From Bacillota bacterium (lineage in GTDB: Bacteria > Bacillota > Sulfobacillia > JAMCWA01), in assembly GCA_023475165.1 (NCBI GenBank), contig JAMCWA010000088.1:130298-194297 (forward strand): a stretch of 64,000 bases of DNA. Reading direction: 5' to 3'. The position numbers and the translations under genes are program-made. The notes under the pieces were generated by a model. It made no database searches. It had not been told where the DNA came from and saw nothing but the letters and a program-made list of their open reading frames with translations. This document shows positions 48,850 to 57,741 of this stretch, piece after piece (positions within the stretch are counted from its first letter, which is position 1; every line of letters starts with the position of its first letter).

Positions 48850-49803
48850 TCAAGGGCGCTCGGAACCGCGAAAAAGCCTCCTTTGGGCCTCTTCCAGACT
48901 CTGCCCTCGGGAAAGGAACCCGGCGTAGAGGTCACCCACCTGCCTCAGACGTTCTCCCAGGCTTTTCATGTTGAACCCGGCCGGTTGCAGGCCGGGTAAT
49001 TCCCGCCACGTGAAGGGGGTAGAGACGGGGGCGCCAGGTAACGGCCGCGGGACGTAAGCTCCGACAATGGTTTTTCCGCGGATGTTCTGCAGGTAGTCAA
49101 TATAGACCTTACCCCCTCTCCTTTTAACCGCCCGCTCCAGGGTGATGCGTTCCGGGAAGGCTTGACAAAGTAGGCTGGCCACTCTTTGGACAAAGCCCGC
49201 CACCTCTTTATAGGGATATCTGTTTTCCAAAGGAACATAGATATGTATCCCCGTGGCTCCCGAGGTCTTCGGCCAACCCTCCAAACCAGCCTCATCCAGG
49301 ACCGTTTTCACCAGTTGGGCTACGGCCCTGGCTTCTTCAAAACCGGCTGGTTCAGCCGGGTCTAGGTCAAAGACGGCAAAATCGGGGTAGTCCAAACTCC
49401 CCACCCGGGAAAACCAGGGGTGAATCTCGATACAGGCCTGGTTGGCCAGCCAGGCCAGGGCAGCCACCTCATCGACCAGGATGAATTCGACGACCCGTTC
49501 ACCGGACGGCGCTGAGTAAGGGAACTTTCTTATCCAGGGTGGGGTGTAGACCGGGGCATTCTTTTGATAAAAGGATTTCCCGTGGATTCCTTCCGGATAC
49601 CGGGTGAAGACCAGAGGGCGATCCCGCAAGAAGGGCAGGAGGTAAGGTGACATGTCCACGTAGTGTCTTACCAGATCAGCCTTGGTTAAGCCATCCTCCG
49701 GCCAAAGCACGCGTTCCGGGTTAGTCAGTTCCAACCGTCGTCCTTCTATGGAGACCGGGTAACGCTTTACCTTCACGTCGTACCACCACATCGCAACAGT
49801 CAA
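48850..49803 (-). CDS. ligD: LigD polymerase/primase (PolDom) domain protein
   Basis: 'RPLVFTRYPEGIHGKSFYQKNAP…DLDP' is the NHEJ primase-polymerase domain. Stand-alone ORF. Confidence 0.85.
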   Translation of the reverse strand: MTVAMWWYDVKVKRYPVSIEGRRLELTNPERVLWPEDGLTKADLVRHYVDMSPYLLPFLRDRPLVFTRYPEGIHGKSFYQKNAPVYTPPWIRKFPYSAPSGERVVEFILVDEVAALAWLANQACIEIHPWFSRVGSLDYPDFAVFDLDPAEPAGFEEARAVAQLVKTVLDEAGLEGWPKTSGATGIHIYVPLENRYPYKEVAGFVQRVASLLCQAFPERITLERAVKRRGGKVYIDYLQNIRGKTIVGAYVPRPLPGAPVSTPFTWRELPGLQPAGFNMKSLGERLRQVGDLYAGFLSRGQSLEEAQRRLFRGSERP

Positions 49804-49902
49804 CCCTATTTCAAGGAGGTCTCACCTGGGACAAGCCAGCTGCCTACAAGGCGCCGCCCGGGCGTCGCCACTCTGCGGCTGTAACACCATGCCACCTAAC
49901 AT

Positions 49903-50844
49903 TTAAGAATTGGGTGATAACCTCCCACCGGTGTCCCAAGTAAAGAGACATTCCCTAGGGTCCTTATCCAGGCGCAGGGTGATGAAGCTGGGTTGCCGTA
50001 ACAGTCCCTCGCCGGTTACCTCCAGGTATTCCACCTCGCAAACCAATTCCGGTTCCGACCACCCTTCCACTTCCCGCCGCAGGCCGGGAGGAAATTGGCT
50101 TTGGAAGGGGGGCGTCGGGCGTGGGGTAAGTCTGGCCAGGATTTGCGCCGCCTCGGCCTCGGAAAACCCCGTCCCAGCCCGCCCTCTGTACAAGAACTTC
50201 TCGCCCAAGTAAGCGCCCAGGAGAAGACCGCCGATGCGCTTGCCTCTTCCCCTGGTATACCCACCGATGACACAATCCGCCCGTCGCCGGTGCTTGACCT
50301 TCAGCCAATCCGTTGTTCGCCGTCCAGGACGGTAGGGACTGGCGAGAGCCTTGGCCACTATCCCCTCCAGCCCAAGCTCCCGGGTGGCAGCATAAAGACC
50401 AGTACCATTCCCCGCCACGCTTTCTGACAGGAGCAACCTCCCACCGGGCCTGATGCCTTCGGCCAAGAGGCGTCGCCTTTCCCCCAGGGTAAGTTCCAGT
50501 AAGGCCCGGTCGCCCAGGTACAGTAGGTCAAAGGCCAAATAGAGAATCTCCCCCCGGCCAGCCTGGAGTTGAGCAAAAGACGGCCGTCCCTGAAAGAAGG
50601 CCACGATCTCACCGTCCAAAACGGCGGGCTCCCGGAAGCTTCGGTACAGATCGGACAGGACTGGGAACTTCCCCGAAATGTTACGCCCGCTCCGACTCTG
50701 CAGGACAGTCTTCCCTTCCAGATAGGCGATGGCCCGATAGCCGTCCCATTTCACCTCAAAGAGGTGGTTAGGAGAGTTGAAGGGGACCTCAACCTCCCAG
50801 GCCAACATGGGTCTTATTACTAAGTCCCGACCGCGATAGAGCAC
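49903..50844 (-). CDS. ligD: ATP-dependent DNA ligase (LigD ligase domain)
   Basis: 'FEVKWDGYRAIAY' contains the catalytic Lys motif KxDG. 313 aa. Confidence 0.85.
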   Translation of the reverse strand: MLYRGRDLVIRPMLAWEVEVPFNSPNHLFEVKWDGYRAIAYLEGKTVLQSRSGRNISGKFPVLSDLYRSFREPAVLDGEIVAFFQGRPSFAQLQAGRGEILYLAFDLLYLGDRALLELTLGERRRLLAEGIRPGGRLLLSESVAGNGTGLYAATRELGLEGIVAKALASPYRPGRRTTDWLKVKHRRRADCVIGGYTRGRGKRIGGLLLGAYLGEKFLYRGRAGTGFSEAEAAQILARLTPRPTPPFQSQFPPGLRREVEGWSEPELVCEVEYLEVTGEGLLRQPSFITLRLDKDPRECLFTWDTGGRLSPNS

Positions 50845-51663
50845 TTAAGGAGGCCCCTGGTAGGAAGGGCCGGGTGGTTGAAGAGGGGATTGGCCCTGCT
50901 CCAGCAAAGCCAGACTGCTTCGCAACGCCTCCATCAGATCCCTGGTCGGAGGAATTTCCGTCGGTGCCACCACCAGTTCTTCTCCCTCTATTTTCTTTCG
51001 AACCGCCCCGAGCAGCGCCTCGCGATAGCGGTCATGATAGCGCTCCGGATCAAAGTCACCGGCCAGAGCCCCAATGAGCGTCCTGGCCATTGACACCTCC
51101 CGTTCCGTAGGGACCTCCCGTTCCGCGTCGATCTTTAACTCACCATAGGAACGGATTTCGTCGGGGAAATGTATGGTTACCATGGTCAAAACCCGGTTCT
51201 TGTAAACCCGCAGGGCGGCCAAAGACTCCCGATTTCTGAGGGCGACCCGGACCAGGGCAATACGCCCTGTTTCCAGCATGGCCTGCCGGAGAAGGTGGTA
51301 GGCCTTCTGCCCCCCTTCCGCCGGCTCCAGGAAATAGGACTTCTCAAAATAAATGGGGTCAATCTGCTCCAGGCTGACAAAATCCAGGATTTCGACGGTC
51401 CTGGCGGAGGCCACCGGTATGGCTTCCAGATCTTCTTCGCTAAAGATTACATAGCGGCCCTTTTCATACTCGTAACCACGGACAATCTCGTGACTAGCCA
51501 CCTCACGTCCGCAAGTCGGGCACCATTTCTTATATTGGATTGGTGTCTGACACTCTCTATGCAGATAGTGGAAGTGGACATCCTTCTCTTCCACCGCCCG
51601 GTAGAGGCGAACGGGGATGTGAACCAGCCCGAAGCTGATGGCACCCTTCCAAAGAGATCGCAA
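50845..51663 (-). CDS. ku: Ku end-binding protein
   Basis: 'MRSLWKGAISFGLVHIPVRLY'. Confidence 0.9.
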   Translation of the reverse strand: MRSLWKGAISFGLVHIPVRLYRAVEEKDVHFHYLHRECQTPIQYKKWCPTCGREVASHEIVRGYEYEKGRYVIFSEEDLEAIPVASARTVEILDFVSLEQIDPIYFEKSYFLEPAEGGQKAYHLLRQAMLETGRIALVRVALRNRESLAALRVYKNRVLTMVTIHFPDEIRSYGELKIDAEREVPTEREVSMARTLIGALAGDFDPERYHDRYREALLGAVRKKIEGEELVVAPTEIPPTRDLMEALRSSLALLEQGQSPLQPPGPSYQGPP

Positions 51664-51818
51664 TTCTCACCCGGTCTGCCCAACCCAACTGTTCCTGTCA
51701 AACAGCCGGCGGCCTCCCCCTGACCAGGTGTTCACTCCCTTCATCTGAACGATCGTCTGGGCCAAAGGTAGTGCTGGGGAGACCTGCCTCCGGAAACCCC
51801 AATAAGGCCCCGCTGCGC

Positions 51819-52970
51819 TCATCTTGTCAAGTACCTCGGCAAGAAGCGCCAGGCGGCCCTGACACTCTCCAACAGTCTCTTCAGGAAAAGACCCCAAAGC
51901 GGGGCGCGCTCGACGTCCTTTCCGGCCGCCAGGGTTACCTCACCGACTTTCTCCTGTCCTAACCAGAAAGATACCGTCCCGAGGGGAGCCCCCTTTTTTA
52001 CGGGAGCCCTGACCCCGGTTGGGAGATCTTCTTCCCTCCGCAGTTGCCCTTCCTCCCCTTCCTGTAAAGGCAGAAAAAGGCTCTTTTGATAAACTAGAGG
52101 CAGCCGATCTTCCCTGCCGCCCGAAAGGGGCAGCGTCCTGACCATGATCCCCCGACTGGCCACAGGCACCTTTTCCCAATAGGAAAAGCCGTACTCGAGG
52201 AGTTGAGCCGCTTCCCCAAAGGCCTGTTGACTGTTGAGCAGGACAGCACACAATTCCATCTCACGATTTGAGGCCGCAGCCACCAGGCAGGGACCCGAAG
52301 TTAGGCTGAACCCCGTCTTGACCCCCCGGGCGGCCGGATATTCCCACAGCAACCTGTTCCGGTTGTAAAACAGCCGGTTCACTTGACGGCCCGGACAGGG
52401 CACCTCCCAGGTCCTGGTCCCGACGATTTGACGGAAGTTCGGGTCCTTCCATGCCTCCCGGGTAATCAAGGCCAGGTCCCGGGCCGTGGAGTAATGGTCC
52501 TCTTGTGGCAGACCGTGGGGATTGGCAAAATGGCTGTTTTTGGCGCCCAGTTGCAAAGCCTTCTCATTCATGAGCCTGACAAATTCCTCCACCGAGCCGC
52601 CCACCTTCTCCGCCAAAGCCACGGCGGCATCATTGGCCGAGGGCAGAAGCAGGGCATAAAGAAGGTCGCGAACGGTGAGTTCCTCGCCTTCTTGCAACCA
52701 AGCCGACGATCCCGCGGTGGTGGCAGCTCGCCGGCTTACCTTCACCTTCTCCTCCATTCCCTCGTTCTCCAGGACCAGCAGGGCCGTCAGGATTTTGGTG
52801 GTACTCGCAGGTGGCCAGCGCAGGCTCCCTTCCTTTTCCCAAAGGAGCCGCCCACTGTCTAGTTCCATAAGAACAGCGGAACTTGAGCCGAGAGACGGTT
52901 GCGAGAAAACCGGAGTTGGCAAAAGGAAGGCGGCCAACAAAAGGAGGATGGGAGTCAGGCACCTGGTCAT
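51819..52970 (-). CDS. D-alanyl-D-alanine carboxypeptidase (S11 family)
   Basis: Signal peptide; 'PASTTKILTALLVLE' (SxxK), 'SANDAAVALA' (SxN), 'KTGFS' (KTG). Confidence 0.8.
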   Translation of the reverse strand: MTRCLTPILLLLAAFLLPTPVFSQPSLGSSSAVLMELDSGRLLWEKEGSLRWPPASTTKILTALLVLENEGMEEKVKVSRRAATTAGSSAWLQEGEELTVRDLLYALLLPSANDAAVALAEKVGGSVEEFVRLMNEKALQLGAKNSHFANPHGLPQEDHYSTARDLALITREAWKDPNFRQIVGTRTWEVPCPGRQVNRLFYNRNRLLWEYPAARGVKTGFSLTSGPCLVAAASNREMELCAVLLNSQQAFGEAAQLLEYGFSYWEKVPVASRGIMVRTLPLSGGREDRLPLVYQKSLFLPLQEGEEGQLRREEDLPTGVRAPVKKGAPLGTVSFWLGQEKVGEVTLAAGKDVERAPLWGLFLKRLLESVRAAWRFLPRYLTR

Positions 52971-53005
52971 TGGAAAACCCCCGGGCGCAACCTAAAGGAC
53001 TACTC

Positions 53006-53488
53006 CTATCCGCGTATGATATTCTCGTCGGCAACGGCAGGAGTGGCCTTGTTCGTCATTTGAGTTTTAGACCCTGCATTGTTCTTGATCAGTCCTTGGA
53101 TTTGATTTAACACTTGAGGAGCCAGATCGATGAGCCGATCCACCACGGCTCCCCCGTCAACCGGGAGCAGCCGTACCGTTCCATTACCAACCACCAGGAA
53201 ACCCACCGGTTGCACGGTCACCCCGGCGCCACTACCTCCCCCAAAGGGGAGGGTCGTCTCACGCCCTCCGGGACTTGGAGCACCGCCCCTGGGCTCGTTG
53301 GTCGCTGTCGTTCCGGTTTCGTACTCGCCGCCTCCGGCGGCAAAACCAAATGTCACCCGGGAGACGGGAAGAATGACACTACCATCGGGCGTTTCCACCG
53401 CCTCGCCCACTACGGTATTAACGTCCACCATTTCCTTGATGCTCTCCATGGCCGTCTTCATTAAGCCTTGGATGGGATGCTCGTTCAC
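53006..53488 (-). CDS. ytfJ: sporulation protein YtfJ/GerW
   Basis: 'GEAVETPDGSVILPVSRVTFGFAAGGGEY' is the YtfJ_HI0045 family motif. Confidence 0.8.
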   Translation of the reverse strand: MNEHPIQGLMKTAMESIKEMVDVNTVVGEAVETPDGSVILPVSRVTFGFAAGGGEYETGTTATNEPRGGAPSPGGRETTLPFGGGSGAGVTVQPVGFLVVGNGTVRLLPVDGGAVVDRLIDLAPQVLNQIQGLIKNNAGSKTQMTNKATPAVADENIIRG

Positions 53489-54155
53489 CAGTCAGAACCC
53501 CCTTTAGGAGCAATCGCCAAAAAAATACGCTTCCGGCGGTCATAATATAGCCCAGCCGGGTAACAAATATACAGGCGAAATCTGTGTCCAGGCGCGGTTG
53601 CAGGAAATCGGCGGAAAGGGTGATCCGGGGTGGCCTCCCCTTTATCCGAGCATGCTGGGTCATGAGGGCATAGGCCGAACCCTTCAAGGCCCACAGGAAA
53701 CCATAAAGTAATCCAGTGGCGGCGGCGTCTTCAGTGCCCACCGCCGACTGCCAGGTTAAGTTTCGGCACCAGGTTCTCCTGGCCAGGTAGCGGATGAGTC
53801 GGGCGTATTCGTGGCCAATCTTCTTCCCCAGCCGGAGGCCCCGGATTAGCTTACCCCAGTTTACCTTTTCCACGGTTACCGTCTTCAGCTCCTGGTCTTT
53901 ACCGACTCCGTCCTCCCGGAGGACCTCCTCCACCCGCCAGGTAGCACCCCAACCCTCGGCCCGCCAGATAGCCGGGACCTGGTACCGGTAGTCCACCAGC
54001 CCCTTGAGGGTCTCAATTTCCACTGAGAATTGCTCATCTTGCTCCTTCCTTTTAATCCTGATGGCGACGTTGAAAGGGACCAAGAAGCTGAGGAGCAAAA
54101 CGCCTACTAGTAGACCGCAAAACAGGCCTAGCGACAGAGAGATGGTCGTCATCAA
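53418..54155 (-). CDS. DUF2953 (YtfI-like) membrane protein
   Basis: N-terminal TM segment. Adjacent to ytfJ as in Bacillus. Confidence 0.55.
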   Translation of the reverse strand: MMTTISLSLGLFCGLLVGVLLLSFLVPFNVAIRIKRKEQDEQFSVEIETLKGLVDYRYQVPAIWRAEGWGATWRVEEVLREDGVGKDQELKTVTVEKVNWGKLIRGLRLGKKIGHEYARLIRYLARRTWCRNLTWQSAVGTEDAAATGLLYGFLWALKGSAYALMTQHARIKGRPPRITLSADFLQPRLDTDFACIFVTRLGYIMTAGSVFFWRLLLKGVLTGERASHPRLNEDGHGEHQGNGGR

Positions 54156-54311
54156 CGGGTCCCCCCACCGTAAGCTCCACCCCAGTTTGTCATTCCCTTA
54201 TCCTTCCCGCCTAACCCGGTGGCCATACCCGGTGACAACAAAATAACCCACAAAAAAGGGACTTCGCAGGACGAAGCCCCTCGGGGTTCCCTAACCCTTC
54301 TGTTGTCCTTT

Positions 54312-54557
54312 CCTAGGAGACCGCCGAAAAACCCCCCTCTGCGGTGTGGCGCAATCTGCAAGAAAGAACCTTTTTATGAAAGGGGCCTTACCATTGCAGA
54401 TTGTCGCTCCGGCGGCTCCTCGCTCAACGTACCACCTGGTACGCCTCGCCTCGGAGCCTTGTCGCTCCTAGCATCTGGGCTGATTTGAGGTCTCGGCCTG
54501 GCGGTATCTCGGGTCGGTTTTACCATTCAAAACGCAATTCGACGGCCGTCTCCTAGG
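54312..54557. mobile_element. MITE-like repeat copy (C+B modules, TIRs)
   Basis: 'cctaggagaccgccgaaaaacc…gcggtgtggcgcaatctgcaagaaagaacc…gccgtctcctagg'. The CTAG supplies the scpB TAG stop. Confidence 0.8.
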
Positions 54558-55071
54558 GGACCTTTTCCGGCAAGGGAGGCAAGTCATCCCGCGAGCGCAA
54601 GCCGAAGTATCGCAGAAAATCCTCAGTGGTAGCATACAGAATGGGTCTCCCCGGCCCCTCTCGTCGACCGGCCTCCCGGACCAACTTCCTCTCCAGTAAC
54701 GTCGCCAGGGCCCGCTCGCTTCGGACCCCCCGGATGGCCTCGACTTCGGCCCGGGTAATGGGACCCCGGTAGGCAACAACAGCCAGCGTTTCCAGGGCGG
54801 CGTGAGAAAGCCCCGAGACTCCAGGCGGACCCAAAAGCTTTTCCACGTAAAGGGCCCAGCGCGGATCAGTCACCAATTGAAAACCGGAGGCCACGGCCTG
54901 AATCTCCAACCCGCCCTCCTTTGCTCGGTACTCTCTCTGCAGGGACTGCAGGAGTTCCCTGGCCTGGCCCTCGGTTATCTCCAGAATCTCGGCCGCCCTC
55001 TGCGGCGACAGGGGCGTCGGCGAGGCCAAAAGGAGGGCTTCCACTATCGCTTTCGCTTCATCAAAGGTCAT
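54553..55071 (-). CDS. scpB: segregation and condensation protein B
   Basis: 'MTFDEAKAIVEALLLASPTPLS…LEIQAVASGFQLVT'. Confidence 0.85.
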   Translation of the reverse strand: MTFDEAKAIVEALLLASPTPLSPQRAAEILEITEGQARELLQSLQREYRAKEGGLEIQAVASGFQLVTDPRWALYVEKLLGPPGVSGLSHAALETLAVVAYRGPITRAEVEAIRGVRSERALATLLERKLVREAGRREGPGRPILYATTEDFLRYFGLRSRDDLPPLPEKVP

Positions 55072-55075
55072 CCTG

Positions 55076-55819
55076 TCACCTCGTGCCAGAGGGGTCGTGC
55101 CAGGTTTTTCCGCCATCTCCTAAGGAGAGATAAATCTCTCCGAAAGGCCGCTCCTGGCGTAGCAAGAGCTTTCTCTGCCGCAGGAGTTCCAGCACCGCCA
55201 GGAAGGTCAGGATGAGGTCAGGGCGGGAAGGGCGTGGGCCCAGTAACCGCCGGAAACTGATCCCTTCCGAATGGCGGGTGACGAACCAGAGAACCTCCCG
55301 CAGACGTTCTTGCAGAGATTTCTCCTCCAGTTCAATCTCCCGTACCGGCTCCTCGACCAGTGCTAAGAAGGCTCGGAAAAGATCGTCCACGGAGAGCCCC
55401 TCCGTCGGAAGGATGGGAATCGTGGGTGCCGTCTCGGGAAAACTACCTCGGGGATAGCGCAGGGCTTGCTGCCGTTCCAACTCCTGCAGGGAGGTCAAAA
55501 CCTCCTTGTACCTACGATATTCTAAAAGGCGTTCCACCAACTCCGCCCGCGGGTCCGCTTCCTCCTCCCCCTCGGGAGTCACAGCGACCCGGCGGGGGAA
55601 AAGGGCCCGCGTCTTGATCTCCATGAGGGTTGCGGCCATAACCAAGAACTCGCTGGCCAGGTCAATGTTAAACTCCCGCCAGGTAGTCAGGTAGTCCAGG
55701 TATTGTTGGCTGATCTCGGCGATGGGAATATCATAGATGTTGATGCGGTTCTTCTCGATCAAGTGAAGCAAGAGATCCAGCGGTCCCTCAAAGACCTCCA
55801 CCTTCACCGTGTAGCTCAC
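55076..55819 (-). CDS. scpA: segregation and condensation protein A
   Basis: 'FEGPLDLLLHLIEKNRINIYDIPIAEI'. Confidence 0.85.
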   Translation of the reverse strand: MSYTVKVEVFEGPLDLLLHLIEKNRINIYDIPIAEISQQYLDYLTTWREFNIDLASEFLVMAATLMEIKTRALFPRRVAVTPEGEEEADPRAELVERLLEYRRYKEVLTSLQELERQQALRYPRGSFPETAPTIPILPTEGLSVDDLFRAFLALVEEPVREIELEEKSLQERLREVLWFVTRHSEGISFRRLLGPRPSRPDLILTFLAVLELLRQRKLLLRQERPFGEIYLSLGDGGKTWHDPSGTR

Positions 55820-55849
55820 CCGCCAATACCTCCCAGAGCAGCCGGGTTT

Positions 55850-55885
55850 CTTGAAAGATGAAGCTTTTTCAGCGGTCTCCTATCT
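55850..55885. repeat. TIR fragment
   Basis: 'gctttttcagcggtctcctatc'. Confidence 0.4.
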
Positions 55886-56855
55886 GCATGGCTGCCCGTA
55901 CCTCTTCCATAGTTCTGGCAGCCACCTCCCGGGCCTGGCTGTCTCCTTCCCGGATGATATCTTCCACCAGGTCGGGACGTTTCTCCAGTTCCTCCCGTTT
56001 GGCCCGGATCGGTTTCAAGAATTCATTCACATACCTGTTTAAATCCCTCTTGCACTGGACACAACCGATCATACCGGCCTGGCAATCAACTTCCAGTTGC
56101 TGCCAACCTGAGGGGTTAAGGAGCCGGTGGAAGGCAAAAACGTTACAAACGTCGGGATGTCCCGGATCATTTTTACGAATACGGGCTGGATCAGTAACCA
56201 TCAGTCCCACCTTCTCCTCGACCTCTGCCGGACTGGCGGCCAGCATGATGTGATTGCCATAACTCTTACTCATCTTGCGCCCGTCGATTCCCGGCAAGAC
56301 GGCCGCTTTGCCCAGGCGCCCCTGGGGCTCTGGGAGAACGTCCCCGTAGAAATGGTTGAAGCGCCGGGCTATCTCCCGGGTCAACTCTATGTGCGGCATC
56401 TGATCCTCACCCACCGGTACCACATCGGCCTTGTAAATGAGGATGTCGGCAGCCTGCAGAACGGGATAACCCAAAAAGCCATAGGTACTGATCTCGCGCC
56501 CCTCCAATTCCCGCAACTGCTCCTTGTAGGTGGGGACCCTCTCCAGCCAGGAGAGAGGGGTGACCATGGACAAAAGGAGGTGCAGTTCTGCATGCTCCTT
56601 GACGTGCGACTGGACAAAGATCACACTCTTTTCCGGATCCAACCCCGCACTGACCCAATCAATGACCATCTCACGAGTATTGGCCTTAAGTTCCCCAGTA
56701 TCCTCATAGCCGGTGGTCAAAGCATGCCAGTCCACCACCGCGAAATAGCACTCAAACTCGTCCTGGAGACGGACCCAGTTCTCCAGGGCCCCGAAGTAAT
56801 TACCCAGATGCAACCGTCCCGTCGGGCGCATACCGCTCAGAATACGTTTCCTCAT
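55869..56855 (-). CDS. trpS: tryptophan–tRNA ligase
   Basis: 'ILSGMRPTGRLHLGNYFGAL' (HIGH) and 'KMSKS'. Start at 'MRKRIL'. Confidence 0.9.
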   Translation of the reverse strand: MRKRILSGMRPTGRLHLGNYFGALENWVRLQDEFECYFAVVDWHALTTGYEDTGELKANTREMVIDWVSAGLDPEKSVIFVQSHVKEHAELHLLLSMVTPLSWLERVPTYKEQLRELEGREISTYGFLGYPVLQAADILIYKADVVPVGEDQMPHIELTREIARRFNHFYGDVLPEPQGRLGKAAVLPGIDGRKMSKSYGNHIMLAASPAEVEEKVGLMVTDPARIRKNDPGHPDVCNVFAFHRLLNPSGWQQLEVDCQAGMIGCVQCKRDLNRYVNEFLKPIRAKREELEKRPDLVEDIIREGDSQAREVAARTMEEVRAAMQIGDR

Positions 56856-56980
56856 TGAGATGACTCCTTTCGCCACAAAGGCACTTCGGCGTACTGCCTC
56901 CCGGGCCAACCGCCTTTACCGGGCAATATCGGCAGGAAGGGCTGACACTAGTTTTAACTCTCCCGTATCTCCTGGCTCCG

Positions 56981-57631
56981 CTAGTGGACCCCGGTAATCA
57001 GACTGGCAGTGGTGATCAAGAACTCCACAATACCGTTAGTCATCGGTCCAATGATCCTCCCAATGATGTTTGTGACCAGCAAGAACATGAGAATAATCGG
57101 TCCATAAGCTTCCAGTTGTTCAAAAATGACCTGTTGTCCCTCCGGAAGAATGGCCGACAGGACCTTGGAGCCGTCCAGGGGGGGCAGGGGCAAGAGATTG
57201 AAAACCGCTAGAGCCACGTTAATGAAAAAGGCCGATTGCAGCAACCGGTAAAGGATGGAACCCGTCCCCGGGCCAAACCAGCCCCAGCCCAGAACCAACG
57301 GGAAGGCCAGTAACAAGCCCAGGACCAGGTTCATCAACGGGCCGGCCAGGGAGACCAAAAGCAAACCCCAGCGCGGATTTTCGTAGTTATAGGGATCAAT
57401 GGGGACCGGTTTTGCCCAGCCAAACCCAAAGAAGATGAGCATCAAGGTCCCAATGAGATCCAGGTGAGCCCAGGGCTCCAGGGTTAACCGGCCGGCCAGT
57501 CGCGGCGTCCGGTCACCCAGCCAGTCCGAAACCGTGGCATGAGCAAACTCATGGAAACTCAGAGCCAGGATGATTCCAGGGAGAGAAGTGATGATATCGT
57601 AAATCCCCGTCAAACCGACCATCCTTTCCAA
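56981..57631 (-). CDS. M50 (site-2 protease) family membrane metalloprotease
   Basis: 'HEFAHA' HExxH in a TM helix; LDG motif 'LPLPPLDGSKV'. Confidence 0.7.
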   Translation of the reverse strand: MERMVGLTGIYDIITSLPGIILALSFHEFAHATVSDWLGDRTPRLAGRLTLEPWAHLDLIGTLMLIFFGFGWAKPVPIDPYNYENPRWGLLLVSLAGPLMNLVLGLLLAFPLVLGWGWFGPGTGSILYRLLQSAFFINVALAVFNLLPLPPLDGSKVLSAILPEGQQVIFEQLEAYGPIILMFLLVTNIIGRIIGPMTNGIVEFLITTASLITGVH

Positions 57632-57741
57632 GGCGTTCTTTCCCCGTCATTATAGCATAACCCTTTCGGGGGAAAAAGGAAAACCACCACAAAAGGCGGT
57701 TTTCGCAGAATGCAGCCCGTACACGATCCAGCGATTCTCAT

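Noticed and set aside
56856-56980. T-box riboswitch leader upstream of trpS
   Set aside because: Only ~125 nt lie between trpS and the upstream M50 gene. No 'AGGGTGGNACCGCG' T-box sequence or specifier-loop architecture is visible.
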